Numbered from the stretch's first letter, positions 1 through 10,044 are shown. The stretch: DNA of 37,606 nt from Caldisericota bacterium (GCA_029548865.1 JAKPMO010000012.1:1-37606), one strand, 5' to 3'. Numbers and translations are program-made. Notes: generated by a model not told the origin, from the letters alone.

Positions 1-1866
1 CACCATATTGGCATTGATCCAAGATTCACCGTTGTCGATGAAGAGGATTCGCTTGATCTGATCAAGGGCATCATGAGGGATCTGTCTGTAGATGTGAAGC
101 AAATCAGCCCCTACATTGTCAAATCTACCATTTCTGCCGCAAAAAATAGCCTTGTTGACCCTTCTTCATATCAAGCGTCTGCAATGTTGCCGAAAACCAG
201 GACAATAGGCCAGATTTACAAAATGTATCAAGACAGATTGTCCGACATGAATTCTTTTGATTTTGACGACCTCATCCTGAAAACAATTGACCTCCTGACT
301 GATTACACCGAGATCGCAAAGCGCTACTATGACACTTTTGTGTATGTGCTTGTTGATGAGTACCAGGACATAAATGCTGCCCAGCACAAGCTTGTAAAGC
401 TCTTTGCCAGGCGTGGCAACATAATGATTGTGGGTGATGATGACCAGTCAATTTATGCATTCAGGGGAGCAACCCCTTATATTATGCTCCAGTTTGCCGA
501 TGATTTTCCTGGTGCAAAAATAATTAATCTGGAGCTAAATTACAGGTCAACGCAAAACATTCTTGGCACGGCTTCGCAGCTTGTGTCTGCCAACCAGAAA
601 AGGCACCCAAAGGAAATAAAGGCCTCAATTGGTAATGGTGATCCTGTCAAAGTTTTCACAGGAATAGAGCCTTCTGATGAAGCCATTTATGTTGTCGAAA
701 AAATCAGAGAATTGAATTCAAAAGGAAGGCCATATTCCGATTTTGCAGTTCTTTACAGGACAAATGCCCAAAGCAGGTCTTTTGAAGAAGTTTTCATGGC
801 GAATGGAATCCCGTACCACCTGGTTGGTGGAATCAGGTTCTACCAGCGAAAAGAAATAAAAGACCTCCTCTCCTATCTTAAGATTGTCCTTAACCCATCA
901 GATTCGCAGTCTTTCAAAAGGGCCATACAAAATCCCAGAAGAGGCATTGGCCCGGCCCTGATAACAAGAATTGAACTTTCTGCAAAATCGCTCAAGACAA
1001 CAATGGAAGATGCACTAGCGGCAATGATGGACCAGGGCGAGGTGACAGGCCATGTTGGTGGTTCTGCATCAAATTTCCTGAGGCTTGTCAGGGAGCTTCG
1101 TGAAATGGCCAATCTGAACCCGGCGCATGAGGTTATAAAATACCTTATTGATGGCATAAACATCATTGAGACTCTCAAAAATGAAGGCACCGAGGACTCT
1201 CAGGCCAGGGCAGAAAATGTCGAAGAATTTCTCAACCTTTCGTATGAATTTGGCAAGACGTCGGAAGATTCCAGTCTTGAAGCTTTTTTGGGCACCGTTA
1301 CGCTGATGAGTGACATGGACAATGTGGAGGAAGGCGAGCAAAGGGTCATAATGACAACGATCCACCAGGCAAAAGGTTTGGAATTCCCAGTCGTTTTTTT
1401 GTGTGGGCTTGAAGAGGGCACTTTCCCTCATCTGAGAAGTCTTGATGACCAGGAATCGGTAGAAGAAGAGCGAAGATTGGCCTATGTCGGGATGACGAGG
1501 GCCAAGGAAGTGCTTTTTTTGACCAGGGTTATAAACAGGCAGCTTTGGGGTGGAACAAGACTTTGCGAGGAATCCAGATTCTTAAAGGAAATAGCTTGCC
1601 CGGAGATTGTCTATGAAGGCATCAAAAAACAGACCCAGACGGCAAGAGAGCAACAGAGGAGTTTTGTAAAGAAATCTGCACAAGTAGTCATCACACCCAA
1701 AAAGGAACCAATTAAAGTTTCTACTGGTGAGGTTGTTGTTCATCAGGCGTGGGGTGATGGGACTGTGTTGAATGTGTCCGGAGACAATGCCGAAGTTGAT
1801 TTTCTTTCTGTTGGCAGAAAGCTCCTGAATCTTCGCTATGCTCCAATAAAGTCCAAGGGAGCTTGA
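1..1866 (+). CDS. pcrA: ATP-dependent DNA helicase PcrA/UvrD (5' end outside window)
   Basis: Frame is open from base 1 (HHIGIDPRFTVVDEED...). SF1A motifs VLVDEYQD, VGDDDQSIYAFRGA, LELNYRS, LYRTNAQSR, MTTIHQAKGLEF, EEERRLAYVGMTRAK. C-terminal Tudor-like domain (GEVVVHQAWGDGTV...). Confidence 0.96.
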   Translation, partial: HHIGIDPRFTVVDEEDSLDLIKGIMRDLSVDVKQISPYIVKSTISAAKNSLVDPSSYQASAMLPKTRTIGQIYKMYQDRLSDMNSFDFDDLILKTIDLLTDYTEIAKRYYDTFVYVLVDEYQDINAAQHKLVKLFARRGNIMIVGDDDQSIYAFRGATPYIMLQFADDFPGAKIINLELNYRSTQNILGTASQLVSANQKRHPKEIKASIGNGDPVKVFTGIEPSDEAIYVVEKIRELNSKGRPYSDFAVLYRTNAQSRSFEEVFMANGIPYHLVGGIRFYQRKEIKDLLSYLKIVLNPSDSQSFKRAIQNPRRGIGPALITRIELSAKSLKTTMEDALAAMMDQGEVTGHVGGSASNFLRLVRELREMANLNPAHEVIKYLIDGINIIETLKNEGTEDSQARAENVEEFLNLSYEFGKTSEDSSLEAFLGTVTLMSDMDNVEEGEQRVIMTTIHQAKGLEFPVVFLCGLEEGTFPHLRSLDDQESVEEERRLAYVGMTRAKEVLFLTRVINRQLWGGTRLCEESRFLKEIACPEIVYEGIKKQTQTAREQQRSFVKKSAQVVITPKKEPIKVSTGEVVVHQAWGDGTVLNVSGDNAEVDFLSVGRKLLNLRYAPIKSKGA

Positions 1867-1890
1867 CAAAGACAGCATTTTGCTTAGCCT
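1863..1890 (+). promoter_or_regulatory. Candidate sigma70 promoter for the 1962 gene
   Basis: TTGACA (1863-1868, overlapping the pcrA stop), 16-nt spacer, TAGCCT (1885-1890). Confidence 0.4.
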
Positions 1891-1961
1891 TGCATGTATG
1901 GGGCTAAATTTGTGAACCTGCCAGTCCCCCATCTTGTAGTAAGTAACTGTAAGGAGGAAAC

Positions 1962-3659
1962 GTGAAAAAAGCCTTGTTGCTTCTTTTGTGCGTCGTAACC
2001 CTCTTCTCTGGAGTTGTTTTTGCCGATGGCGAGTGGAAGCCATATTTGGATATCCTCGTATGGAGCAATCCACCCGATCTTGGAATAAGGCTCCAGACCG
2101 AGATTGAAAGGCATTTTCCAAACATAGCCTCCTATCTTAGTGTTGTGACTCCGGCATCACTCAGGGAGCCGCTGCAATATAATGGCTACAACGTCATTTG
2201 TCTGCTTGGGTGCGCAAAGGCTGGACAGGTCCTTGATGTGCCAGAGGATGTGGAAACACTCATTGAAGACAGGTGCAAGTTTGGTATTTCTGGTCTTATC
2301 ATCTCAGGAGATGTCATCCATCCGGACTCAAACAACCCAATCCTCCAGAAACTTGCCGGTGCACAGCTAATGGATGTTGAAAAAGCTGGAAGAACAACGG
2401 TCAGGGTCATCGATATAACCGACCCGATTGTTTCCGACGTTGCCCAGTCTTTTGACGTGACGCTTGGAGACATCAGAAAATCCGCCCTCTATCCGGGCAC
2501 AAAATCGATTGCAGTAACAAATTCGGGCGTTCCCGTGGTTTTCAAGAGGAACATAACCCAGTCAAAAGCTTGCTACATAGCTCTTGGCCAGAATGGCCAG
2601 GCTGTTGAAAATATTGAAGTTTCAAGATTGTTTGCCAATGCTCTCTACGATTGCATGGGAACTGGGTGGCTCCAGCCTTACGAAGCACCGACGAATGTGA
2701 AGGCAATAATAGGCGACGAGAAGGTGAAAATCACCTGGGACAAGCCCAAAAAGATGGAAGGTATTGCAGGTTACAGAGTTTTCAGGGAATCTGAGAATGA
2801 GAAATCCAAAACGATCCATGATTTTGCTCTGGATACCGAAACGCTGTTTTTTGAAGATTCCTCGGTTACCAATGGCAAACTTTATACCTACAAGGTTTGC
2901 TCGATCGGAAATGCCGACAAGATTGTAGCCTGCTCGCATCAGGTCCAGGCAAGGCCGGGTAAGATACAGGTCACGTTACCAGGTTGGCCTGCACAGGGTC
3001 AGCCTGTCCAGGTTATTGGCTCAAAGCACATCGTCAGGGGAAAGACCCGCCCTGGTTCAAAGGTTATTGTCAAATGGAAGCTCATTCCATCGGGACTTGA
3101 GGGTGAAAGTAAGGGTGAAGCAGACCAAAACGGAAATTTTGAGATACCGATTGATCTTACCCCAGGCCAGAAAGTTGAATATTACATTATTGTTGAAAAC
3201 GAGCTTGGCCAGCAGGAAAAATTCGGCCCATATATTGTGGATTGCAAGGCAAACAAGATCGTCATTTCAATGACTATTGGATCAAAGAAGGCCTTCGTAA
3301 ACGGTCTTGAGTGGCCGGTCGATATAACACCGCCATTTATTGTCTCGAAAACTGGCAGGACGATGGTGCCTTTCAGGTTCATTGGCGAACACCTTGGCGC
3401 AACAGTCGACTGGTTCCCGAAGGACAAAGCGGTTGAAACGGTCACATATAAACTGAATGACGTCTATATCGAACTTTTTATTGGTAAAAAGACCGCCAAG
3501 AAAAATGGCCAGCAAATCGAGCTTGACCAAGAGCCAATGATCGTCAACGGAAGCACGATGGTCCCCGTAAGATTTGTTACCGAACAGTTTGGCTCAAAGG
3601 TGGAGTGGATTCAGGAAGCAAGGATGGTTGTGATAACTTACCCTAACCCGACACCATGA
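1962..3659 (+). CDS. Secreted multidomain protein: ThuA/GATase-like domain, FN3, Ig-like, C-terminal copper amine oxidase N-terminal (stalk) domain
   Basis: AAGGAGG RBS with GTG start; signal peptide ending VFA. PVVFKRNITQSKACYIALGQ...RLFANAL resembles the ThuA C-terminus. APTNVKA..VKITWD..GYRVFR..YTYKV is FN3-like. GRTMVPFRFIGEHLGATVDW and GSTMVPVRFVTEQFGSKVEW are stalk repeats. Confidence 0.8.
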   Translation: MKKALLLLLCVVTLFSGVVFADGEWKPYLDILVWSNPPDLGIRLQTEIERHFPNIASYLSVVTPASLREPLQYNGYNVICLLGCAKAGQVLDVPEDVETLIEDRCKFGISGLIISGDVIHPDSNNPILQKLAGAQLMDVEKAGRTTVRVIDITDPIVSDVAQSFDVTLGDIRKSALYPGTKSIAVTNSGVPVVFKRNITQSKACYIALGQNGQAVENIEVSRLFANALYDCMGTGWLQPYEAPTNVKAIIGDEKVKITWDKPKKMEGIAGYRVFRESENEKSKTIHDFALDTETLFFEDSSVTNGKLYTYKVCSIGNADKIVACSHQVQARPGKIQVTLPGWPAQGQPVQVIGSKHIVRGKTRPGSKVIVKWKLIPSGLEGESKGEADQNGNFEIPIDLTPGQKVEYYIIVENELGQQEKFGPYIVDCKANKIVISMTIGSKKAFVNGLEWPVDITPPFIVSKTGRTMVPFRFIGEHLGATVDWFPKDKAVETVTYKLNDVYIELFIGKKTAKKNGQQIELDQEPMIVNGSTMVPVRFVTEQFGSKVEWIQEARMVVITYPNPTP

Positions 3660-3967
3660 GCCTGTTTCTGGTTTATTGTCCCTACCCAACAAAGTCACAG
3701 GCAGAGCAGGCGGCAAAAAATGCTGTTTACAAGAAGCTAGCCGTGTGCGCAAACATCTTCCAGTCGGATTCAATCTACGAATGGAAGGGTGAGCTGGTGC
3801 ATGATTCTGAGCGCGTGGTCATCTTCAAGACAATAGAGCAGAAAGTGGAAGAGCTGAAAAAGTTTGTTGAAGAAAACCACCCATATGAGTTGCCGGCCAT
3901 AATAACTTTTGGGCCTTCCGATGTAAATTTGCCCTATCTTGAGTGGGCGAAAGGCCAGCTTTTGTAA
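3656..3967 (+). CDS. cutA: Divalent-cation tolerance protein CutA
   Basis: KKLAVCANI, SIYEWKGEL..E, HPYELPAII, YLEW motifs; ATGA overlap with the upstream gene. Confidence 0.93.
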   Translation: MSLFLVYCPYPTKSQAEQAAKNAVYKKLAVCANIFQSDSIYEWKGELVHDSERVVIFKTIEQKVEELKKFVEENHPYELPAIITFGPSDVNLPYLEWAKGQLL

Positions 3968-4891
3968 GTGAACCTTGAATACAATCTGGAAGAACGCCAG
4001 CGCCTTGATGTGTTTCTTACGTCAAAGCTCCCGTTTCTTTCCAGGACCCAAATTGCAAAAATGATCAAGGACGGTCTTGTCACTGTTGATGGTGACGAGG
4101 CTAAGCCTTCCTACAATCTGAAGCCGGGAGAGCAGATAGATATTGAGCTCCCGACGCCGGAGCCCTATGAGCTCGAACCAGAGAACATACCTATTGAGAT
4201 TGTCCACGAAGAGGACGATTTTCTGGTTGCAGTCAAGCCACAGGGAATGCTTACCCACCCGGCTGGTGCAACAATCACGGGGACACTCGTCAATGCCATG
4301 CTATATTACTGCAAGGGCAAACTTTCGGGCATGGTTGGGGAGCAGCGCCCCGGGATTGTCCACAGGCTGGACAGGGACACTTCAGGATTGATCATTGTTG
4401 TTAAGACCGACTATGCAATGAAGATGTTTGCAAAGCTTTTTGCTGAGCACAGGATGGACAAGAGATACTACTGCATATGCAAGGGTCATCTGAAATCGGA
4501 GCGAACTGTGATAAATGCCCCGATAGCAAGGGACTTTACGCACAGGTGGAAGATGTGCGTCTCTCCGGATGGAAGAGAAGCGATATCGAAAATTACCGAA
4601 CTGGAAAGGTTTGATGGGTATACCTATGCTGAAGTCAAGCCTGTTTCAGGAAGGACGCACCAGATAAGGGTACATCTTTCATATATCGGCCACCCCATTT
4701 TGGGGGATCAGGTTTATGGCGGGGAGGACTCCAGATTTGACCTAAAGGGCCAGTTACTCCATTGCGGCAAGCTGGGGTTTGATTTCAAAGGGGTGCATTA
4801 TGAGCTGGAGGCCAAGCCACCACCGATATTTCTTGAAACCCTTGAAAAATTGCGCTTGACTGGTGGCATGCAGGATTTAAACTCAAAGTGA
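3968..4891 (+). CDS. rluD: RluA-family 23S rRNA pseudouridine synthase (RluD-like, with S4 domain)
   Basis: S4 domain (RLDVFL..SRTQIAKMI), KPQGMLTHP, catalytic HRLDRDTSG, GRTHQIRVH, GHPILGD. Confidence 0.9.
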   Translation: MNLEYNLEERQRLDVFLTSKLPFLSRTQIAKMIKDGLVTVDGDEAKPSYNLKPGEQIDIELPTPEPYELEPENIPIEIVHEEDDFLVAVKPQGMLTHPAGATITGTLVNAMLYYCKGKLSGMVGEQRPGIVHRLDRDTSGLIIVVKTDYAMKMFAKLFAEHRMDKRYYCICKGHLKSERTVINAPIARDFTHRWKMCVSPDGREAISKITELERFDGYTYAEVKPVSGRTHQIRVHLSYIGHPILGDQVYGGEDSRFDLKGQLLHCGKLGFDFKGVHYELEAKPPPIFLETLEKLRLTGGMQDLNSK

Positions 4892-4925
4892 TCTGTTTCT
4901 CCACAAGAATGGAGGTTTGATTCAA

Positions 4926-5963
4926 ATGGAAATTGGAATAATTGGTGCTCCGCAATCTGGGAAAAGCACCCTTTTTACCGCAATCACAGGTGTTGAGCCT
5001 GGCAATGAGGTTGGCAAGAGGGCGGTTGTCAAAGTCCCTGATCCGAGGCTCGACCATCTAACCGATGTTTTCAAACCAAAGAAGAAAATAAATGCCACAG
5101 TGAATTTTATTGATGCACCGCCACCACAAAGCATGTCGGCAAAGAGGGGTTCAGCGCCATCTTTTCTTGGCTTCATAAAAACTGTTGACGCCATTCTGGT
5201 TGTTGCGGCCTGTTACAGGGATGGTGGGGCCAAAGAACTCCAGGACATAATGGAAATGCTTCTTTTGTCTGACCTTGAGGTGATAGAAGGCATTCTTGCC
5301 AGGGAAAACAAGATAAAAATTGACCCCAAGTATTCAGGCCCATCCATGGAGTTGCTCAGAAAACTGGCTGGCGAACTGGAGCAGATGAAAATGCTCAGAA
5401 ACATCGAGCTCAGTGAAAAAGAACTGGCTTCGCTTTCCGGCGTCCAGCTTTTTACGAAATATCCAACATTTGTTGCACTCAATATTTCAGAGAATGACAT
5501 AAAAGGTGAGCTGAAGGGCGAAGCAAAGAAGGCCGCTGATTATCTGGACTCAATCAAAACACCATACATTGCCGTATGTGCTCCGATTGAGGCAGAAATA
5601 GCCACATTGCCAGATGAGGACAGGGAGAGCTTCATGCAGGAATATGGGCTCGAATCTACGGCCTCGGACAGGGTCATACAGGAAGTTTACGATCTGCTTG
5701 GCTATCAGACCTTCTTTACGGTGGGTGATGATGAGTGCAGGGCCTGGACGATCAGGAAGGGCGACAATGCTGTCACTGCCGCAGGTAAAGTTCACAGCGA
5801 TATAGCAAAGGGATTCATCAGGGCTGAATGTTGCACCTATGAGGACTTGCTGGCTTCGGACAATTCCCTCCAGAAGGCAAAAGCGAATGCCAAACTCAGG
5901 CTTGAAGGCAAAGAATACATAGTCAAAGATGGTGAGATCTGTCATTTCAGGCACAGTGGCTAA
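4926..5963 (+). CDS. ychF: YchF/OLA1-family ATPase, divergent (C-terminal TGS/DUF933 domain)
   Basis: GGAGG at 4911-4915 precedes ATG 4926. P-loop GAPQSGKST, VKVPDPRLD, TFFTVGDDECRAWTI, AAGKVHSDIAKGFIRAE, RLEGKEYIVKDGE. G2 and G3 motifs are atypical. Confidence 0.85.
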   Translation: MEIGIIGAPQSGKSTLFTAITGVEPGNEVGKRAVVKVPDPRLDHLTDVFKPKKKINATVNFIDAPPPQSMSAKRGSAPSFLGFIKTVDAILVVAACYRDGGAKELQDIMEMLLLSDLEVIEGILARENKIKIDPKYSGPSMELLRKLAGELEQMKMLRNIELSEKELASLSGVQLFTKYPTFVALNISENDIKGELKGEAKKAADYLDSIKTPYIAVCAPIEAEIATLPDEDRESFMQEYGLESTASDRVIQEVYDLLGYQTFFTVGDDECRAWTIRKGDNAVTAAGKVHSDIAKGFIRAECCTYEDLLASDNSLQKAKANAKLRLEGKEYIVKDGEICHFRHSG

Positions 5964-5987
5964 TCTTGTCCTGAATCTGTGATAATT

Positions 5988-6018
5988 AAAAAGCCTGACC
6001 TAATGGTCAGGCTTTTTT
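5988..6018. terminator. Bidirectional intrinsic terminator
   Basis: aaaaagcctgacc-taat-ggtcaggcttttt perfect inverted repeat between convergent genes. Confidence 0.9.
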
Positions 6019-6041
6019 GTTTTTAGAAAGATAGAAAATTT

Positions 6042-7457
6042 TTATTTGGTCGAGCCGTTTTTGAGATATGCAGTTTTTAGGCCGTTTTTGAAGAGTTTGT
6101 GGTATGGCATCTTCCACCCACTAACTTTTTCCATATTGTGGGCCATGGGTAGGTTTTCACGCGGGATGAACCAGTAGGAGTAGTCCGTTTTGGAGACGTG
6201 TTTGGACACAAAATCAGGTGTACCCTCCGATAAGGCAGTATAATCGTATGTTTTACCTGGTTCGAATGACTCGATCTCGCATATTCCATAATCGGCTATC
6301 CTGAGGTTCCTGCCCTCCTCACTGAAGAAGGTTGGGATAATGAACACAAAGGATTTTTCAGATGATTTGTTTGTTATCTTCCCTTTTGCAGCCACAAAAT
6401 CTTTGCCCTTCTCTATCCCAGATTCTATGATTTCCACTTTTGGGTTTGACTCGCTGGTTTCCTCAAACTCTATTTCGTATGACACCTTTGCATCATCAGG
6501 AATTGAAATCCCACCTTCTGTTGTAAAGGAATCTGTAAAATACTGTCCCTGCTCGAGTATCCCATAAAAGCTCAATATTTTTGTTGCAATAACTTCTTCT
6601 TTTGAATCTAGCACATTAAACATGACCGTGATGTTGGTGAGGTTTGTTTTTCCTGTGTTTTTGAAGCAAGCAACTATTTTGCTGGAATCTCCACTTTCGC
6701 TGGTTTCCCAATAGGTTGCATCAAAAAATTTCAACTCGCCTTTGTCAGTTGGTTTTGTTTGTTCCCTTGGTGTAAAAAACAGTTCCGTAACGAACATTTC
6801 ATTTCCGCATTTGTACAGACCAATCCCTATGTGGGTAAAGTCTTTGTCCAGCCTGTTCTTTTTGTGGTTAGGTGAATTTTGGAAATTCTCGTCTATTTTG
6901 CTCGCAATGTCGTCAACTATTGTCAATTTTTGTATGTTTTCACCATATTTTGACCATTTTACTCCGTAGTTGCTGAGTCTGTCGCCTGGTTTCAGTCCAT
7001 CTGGATTTGTGTGGTCAAAAAATTCCCTTATGCACATGTCTGTTGTGTGATCCTGTGCTGCAAATGTTGCCGGCATACTAATTTCGAGTGGAGGAGCTCC
7101 AATCTCTGCTCTGTGCTTGTTTATTTTTTCGTGAAGGCTGGTCATTATATCAAGCAGTTCTTCTCCACCTTCACCACCTGCGCCAGGGTCCTCGGTTACT
7201 TCGCCAACAGAGAAGGACACGTTGTTTCCATCCAGCTGGATTGATGTGCCCTTGAGGTGTTTGGCCAAAAATTCCATGGAAACAAAATGCTCATCTCCGA
7301 TTTTAAAGAGAGGAACATTCATTTCGACAGACTCTTCGCCAACCGATACCGATTTTTCGCCAAGCGTGAACTTAAGAGTATTTGATGACAGGGCAAGCAC
7401 ATTGATGACAAAAAATGATATGAAAATCACGATTCCAACGGCCACACTTCGTTTCAA
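6042..7457 (-). CDS. Secreted CAP (SCP/PR-1) domain protein with an N-terminal stalk-like half domain and C-terminal FxLYD-like Ig domains
   Basis: GGAGG-6nt-TTG start (MKRSVAVG..., signal peptide). CAP motifs INKHRA, AQDHTTDM..FFDHTNPDG, GENI, NSPNHKKN, FTHIGIG. C-terminal beta domains (FKNTGKTNLTNITVMFNVLD; GKITNKS). Confidence 0.8.
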   Translation of the reverse strand: MKRSVAVGIVIFISFFVINVLALSSNTLKFTLGEKSVSVGEESVEMNVPLFKIGDEHFVSMEFLAKHLKGTSIQLDGNNVSFSVGEVTEDPGAGGEGGEELLDIMTSLHEKINKHRAEIGAPPLEISMPATFAAQDHTTDMCIREFFDHTNPDGLKPGDRLSNYGVKWSKYGENIQKLTIVDDIASKIDENFQNSPNHKKNRLDKDFTHIGIGLYKCGNEMFVTELFFTPREQTKPTDKGELKFFDATYWETSESGDSSKIVACFKNTGKTNLTNITVMFNVLDSKEEVIATKILSFYGILEQGQYFTDSFTTEGGISIPDDAKVSYEIEFEETSESNPKVEIIESGIEKGKDFVAAKGKITNKSSEKSFVFIIPTFFSEEGRNLRIADYGICEIESFEPGKTYDYTALSEGTPDFVSKHVSKTDYSYWFIPRENLPMAHNMEKVSGWKMPYHKLFKNGLKTAYLKNGSTK

Positions 7458-7513
7458 GGGGCACCTCCACATGCATTCTAGCCCAAAAGACCCGTATAGT
7501 AAATAATACTATT

Positions 7514-7542
7514 AAAAAAGCCCTGCTTGTTGCAGGGCTTTT
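7514..7542 (-). terminator. Intrinsic terminator after leuS
   Basis: aaaagccctgc-ttgtt-gcagggctttt inverted repeat; U-tract on the minus strand. Confidence 0.85.
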
Positions 7543-7552
7543 GTTTTTGTGG

Positions 7553-9997
7553 TTACTTTATCACTATGCTGACCAATTTTCCTTTTGGGACCATGATTTT
7601 CAGTATCTCGTGACCATCGGTGAACTTTTTGACCTGCTCCTCGGAGAGTGCAATTTTTTGGATCTCCTCTTCGCTTGTTCCAATTTGAATTTGGATGACG
7701 TGGCGGAGCTTGCCGTTGATTTGTATTGGGATATTGATGGTGTCTTCTTTTGTGAGGGTTTCATCACCCACAGGCCATGGCTGCTGATGAACAGATGCTT
7801 TATTCCCCAACAATTCCCAAATTTCTTCTGTGATATACGGGCAAAATGGCGCGAGCAGGACGATATAGTTTTCGATGAAGTCTCTGAATTCTTTTGTTTC
7901 TGTTGTACCTGGTGTTTTGGCGAGGTCGTAAATTGAATTGAAGGCTTCCATGAATGAAGATATTGCAGTGTTGAAGTGGAACCTTTCGATATCTGATGTA
8001 ACCTTCAAAATGAGCTTGTGCTTTATTCTTGTCAGTTCTTTTGTCAATTGTTCGCTGGCGCTGATGTTTCCATACTTCCATGATGTGAAATTATCAAAGA
8101 CCCTCCCAAGGAACCTGTAGACGCCTGCACAACCAGGCTCGTCCCAGACAACTTCTCCTTCAAACGGGCCCATGAAAAGAATGTATCCCCTCAGCGCGTC
8201 CGCACCGTATTTCTCGACCATTGAGTCTGGTGTTACGACATTGCCTTTTGATTTGCTCATCTTCTGGTGGTCGCCACCAAGCACCATGCCCTGGTTCATC
8301 AGTTTCTGGAATGGCTCGATGAATGAGATAAGACCTGCATCGTGCATTACCTTAGTCCAGAACCTTGCATAGATAAGGTGCATTACGGCGTGTTCAGCGC
8401 CACCAACATAAACATTGACAGGGAGCCAGTATTTGATCATTTCAGGATTAAATGGTCTATCATTTTCATGAGGATTGGGGAACCTCAGGAAATACCATGA
8501 GGAACAAGCAAAACCATCCATTGTGTCAGTTTCCCTTTGTGCTGGTCCGCCGCATTTGGGGCAGGTTGTGTTTACGAATTCTGGAATTTTTGCCAACGGG
8601 GACTTTCCATCTGTGGATGGCTCAAATTTGTCTATATGTGGAAGCTTTACCGGCAGCTGGTCTTTTGGGACAGCTACAGTTCCACATTTCTCGCAATGAA
8701 TGACGGGTATTGGTGCTCCCCAGTATCTTTGTCTGCTGATCAGCCAGTCTCTCAGCTTGTAGTTTACTGTTGGGGTTGCGATGCCCTTTTTTCCGAGTTC
8801 TTCAACGAGGACCTTTTTGAATTTCTCTGAATCCATGCCATCATATTGCCCGGAATTGACCATTGTCCCTGGTTCGGTATAGGCGTTTTCAAGGTTCACG
8901 AGTCCGCCGTCTTTGGAGATTACCTGGACCACTGGAAGGCCAAATTTCTTTGCAAAAGCAAAATCTCTTTCATCATGGGCTGGAACACACATGATTGCAC
9001 CTGTTCCATAGGTTGCCAGGACGTAATCGCCAATCCATATCGGCACTTTTTTCCCATTTGCTGGATTTATTGCGTAAGAGCCGGTGAAAACTCCGGTTTT
9101 TTCCTTGTCAGTGGAGAGCCTGTCTATATCGGAGGCCTTTCTTGCCTCTTTTATGTATGCTTCAATGGCATTTTTCTGTTCAGGTGTTGTCAGTTCTGGG
9201 ACGAGCTCGTGCTCTGGCGCAAGGACCATGTATGTGCAGCCAAAAAGAGTGTCAGGGCGTGTTGTAAAAACAACAATGTCGCGCCCTTTTTCTGATTTGA
9301 ATATAATCTTTGCGCCTTCAGATCTGCCAATCCAGTTTCTCTGCATAATTTTGATTGGCTCTGGCCAGTCAATGGTCTCCAGGTCCTTTTCAAGTCTGTC
9401 TGCATAGTCAGTTATTTTGAAGAACCACTGTTTAAGGTCTTTTCGTTCCACCTGCGAACCGCACCTCCAGCAAACGCCGCCTTCGGCCTGCTCGTTTGCA
9501 AGAACGGTCTTGCATTCCGGGCACCACCACTGGGCGCCGTAATTCTGGTATGCCAATCCCCTTTCAAAGAGGAGCAGGAAGAACCACTGTGTCCACTTGT
9601 AGTAATCTGGATCCGAGGAGTTGATTTCCCTTTCCCAGTCATAACTGGTGCCGATGAGGGTCATCTGTCTTTTATAATTGGCAGTGTTTTTTGCAGTTGT
9701 TGCTTCAGGGTGAATACCCATCTGTATGGCATAGTTTTCCGCAGGGAGCCCAAACGAGTCCCAGCCCATTGGATGTAGCACATTGTAGCCAATCATCCTG
9801 AAATATCTGGAGTAAACATCTGATGGAACATAATTCCTGCAATGCCCTACTGAAAGACCGCTTCCTGATGGATATGGAAAGAAATCGAGGCAATATAATT
9901 TCTTTTTTCCAGGATCATTTGTGGTCCTGTAAATCTTGTTGTCATCCCAATACTTCTGCCATTTGGATTCGATTGCCTTGAAATCAAAGTTTCCCAT
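7553..9997 (-). CDS. leuS: Leucine--tRNA ligase
   Basis: AAGGAGG RBS before ATG 9997. FPYPSGSGLSVGH (HIGH variant), MGWDSFGLPAEN, FTTRPDTLFG editing motif, DWLISRQRYWG, GGAEHAVMHL, KMSKS. Confidence 0.98.
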   Translation of the reverse strand: MGNFDFKAIESKWQKYWDDNKIYRTTNDPGKKKLYCLDFFPYPSGSGLSVGHCRNYVPSDVYSRYFRMIGYNVLHPMGWDSFGLPAENYAIQMGIHPEATTAKNTANYKRQMTLIGTSYDWEREINSSDPDYYKWTQWFFLLLFERGLAYQNYGAQWWCPECKTVLANEQAEGGVCWRCGSQVERKDLKQWFFKITDYADRLEKDLETIDWPEPIKIMQRNWIGRSEGAKIIFKSEKGRDIVVFTTRPDTLFGCTYMVLAPEHELVPELTTPEQKNAIEAYIKEARKASDIDRLSTDKEKTGVFTGSYAINPANGKKVPIWIGDYVLATYGTGAIMCVPAHDERDFAFAKKFGLPVVQVISKDGGLVNLENAYTEPGTMVNSGQYDGMDSEKFKKVLVEELGKKGIATPTVNYKLRDWLISRQRYWGAPIPVIHCEKCGTVAVPKDQLPVKLPHIDKFEPSTDGKSPLAKIPEFVNTTCPKCGGPAQRETDTMDGFACSSWYFLRFPNPHENDRPFNPEMIKYWLPVNVYVGGAEHAVMHLIYARFWTKVMHDAGLISFIEPFQKLMNQGMVLGGDHQKMSKSKGNVVTPDSMVEKYGADALRGYILFMGPFEGEVVWDEPGCAGVYRFLGRVFDNFTSWKYGNISASEQLTKELTRIKHKLILKVTSDIERFHFNTAISSFMEAFNSIYDLAKTPGTTETKEFRDFIENYIVLLAPFCPYITEEIWELLGNKASVHQQPWPVGDETLTKEDTINIPIQINGKLRHVIQIQIGTSEEEIQKIALSEEQVKKFTDGHEILKIMVPKGKLVSIVIK

Positions 9998-10020
9998 TGC
10001 TGGCGCCTCCTTATGCAATT

Positions 10021-10044
10021 AAAGCCTCCTTGCGGAGGCTTTTT
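10021..10044 (-). terminator. GNRA-capped hairpin (weak terminator or processing stem) between tRNA-Ala(GGC) and leuS
   Basis: Minus strand aaagcctcc-GCAA-ggaggcttt, followed by only a short U-tract. Confidence 0.6.

Noticed and set aside
1891..1955. Possible riboswitch in the leader of the 1962 gene (atgggg...ccccat stem)
   Set aside because: Only a weak stem, with no consensus of a riboswitch class I can recognise.
1582..2125. Several minus-strand ORFs spanning the pcrA/1962 junction
   Set aside because: They overlap two supported plus-strand genes and show no motifs.
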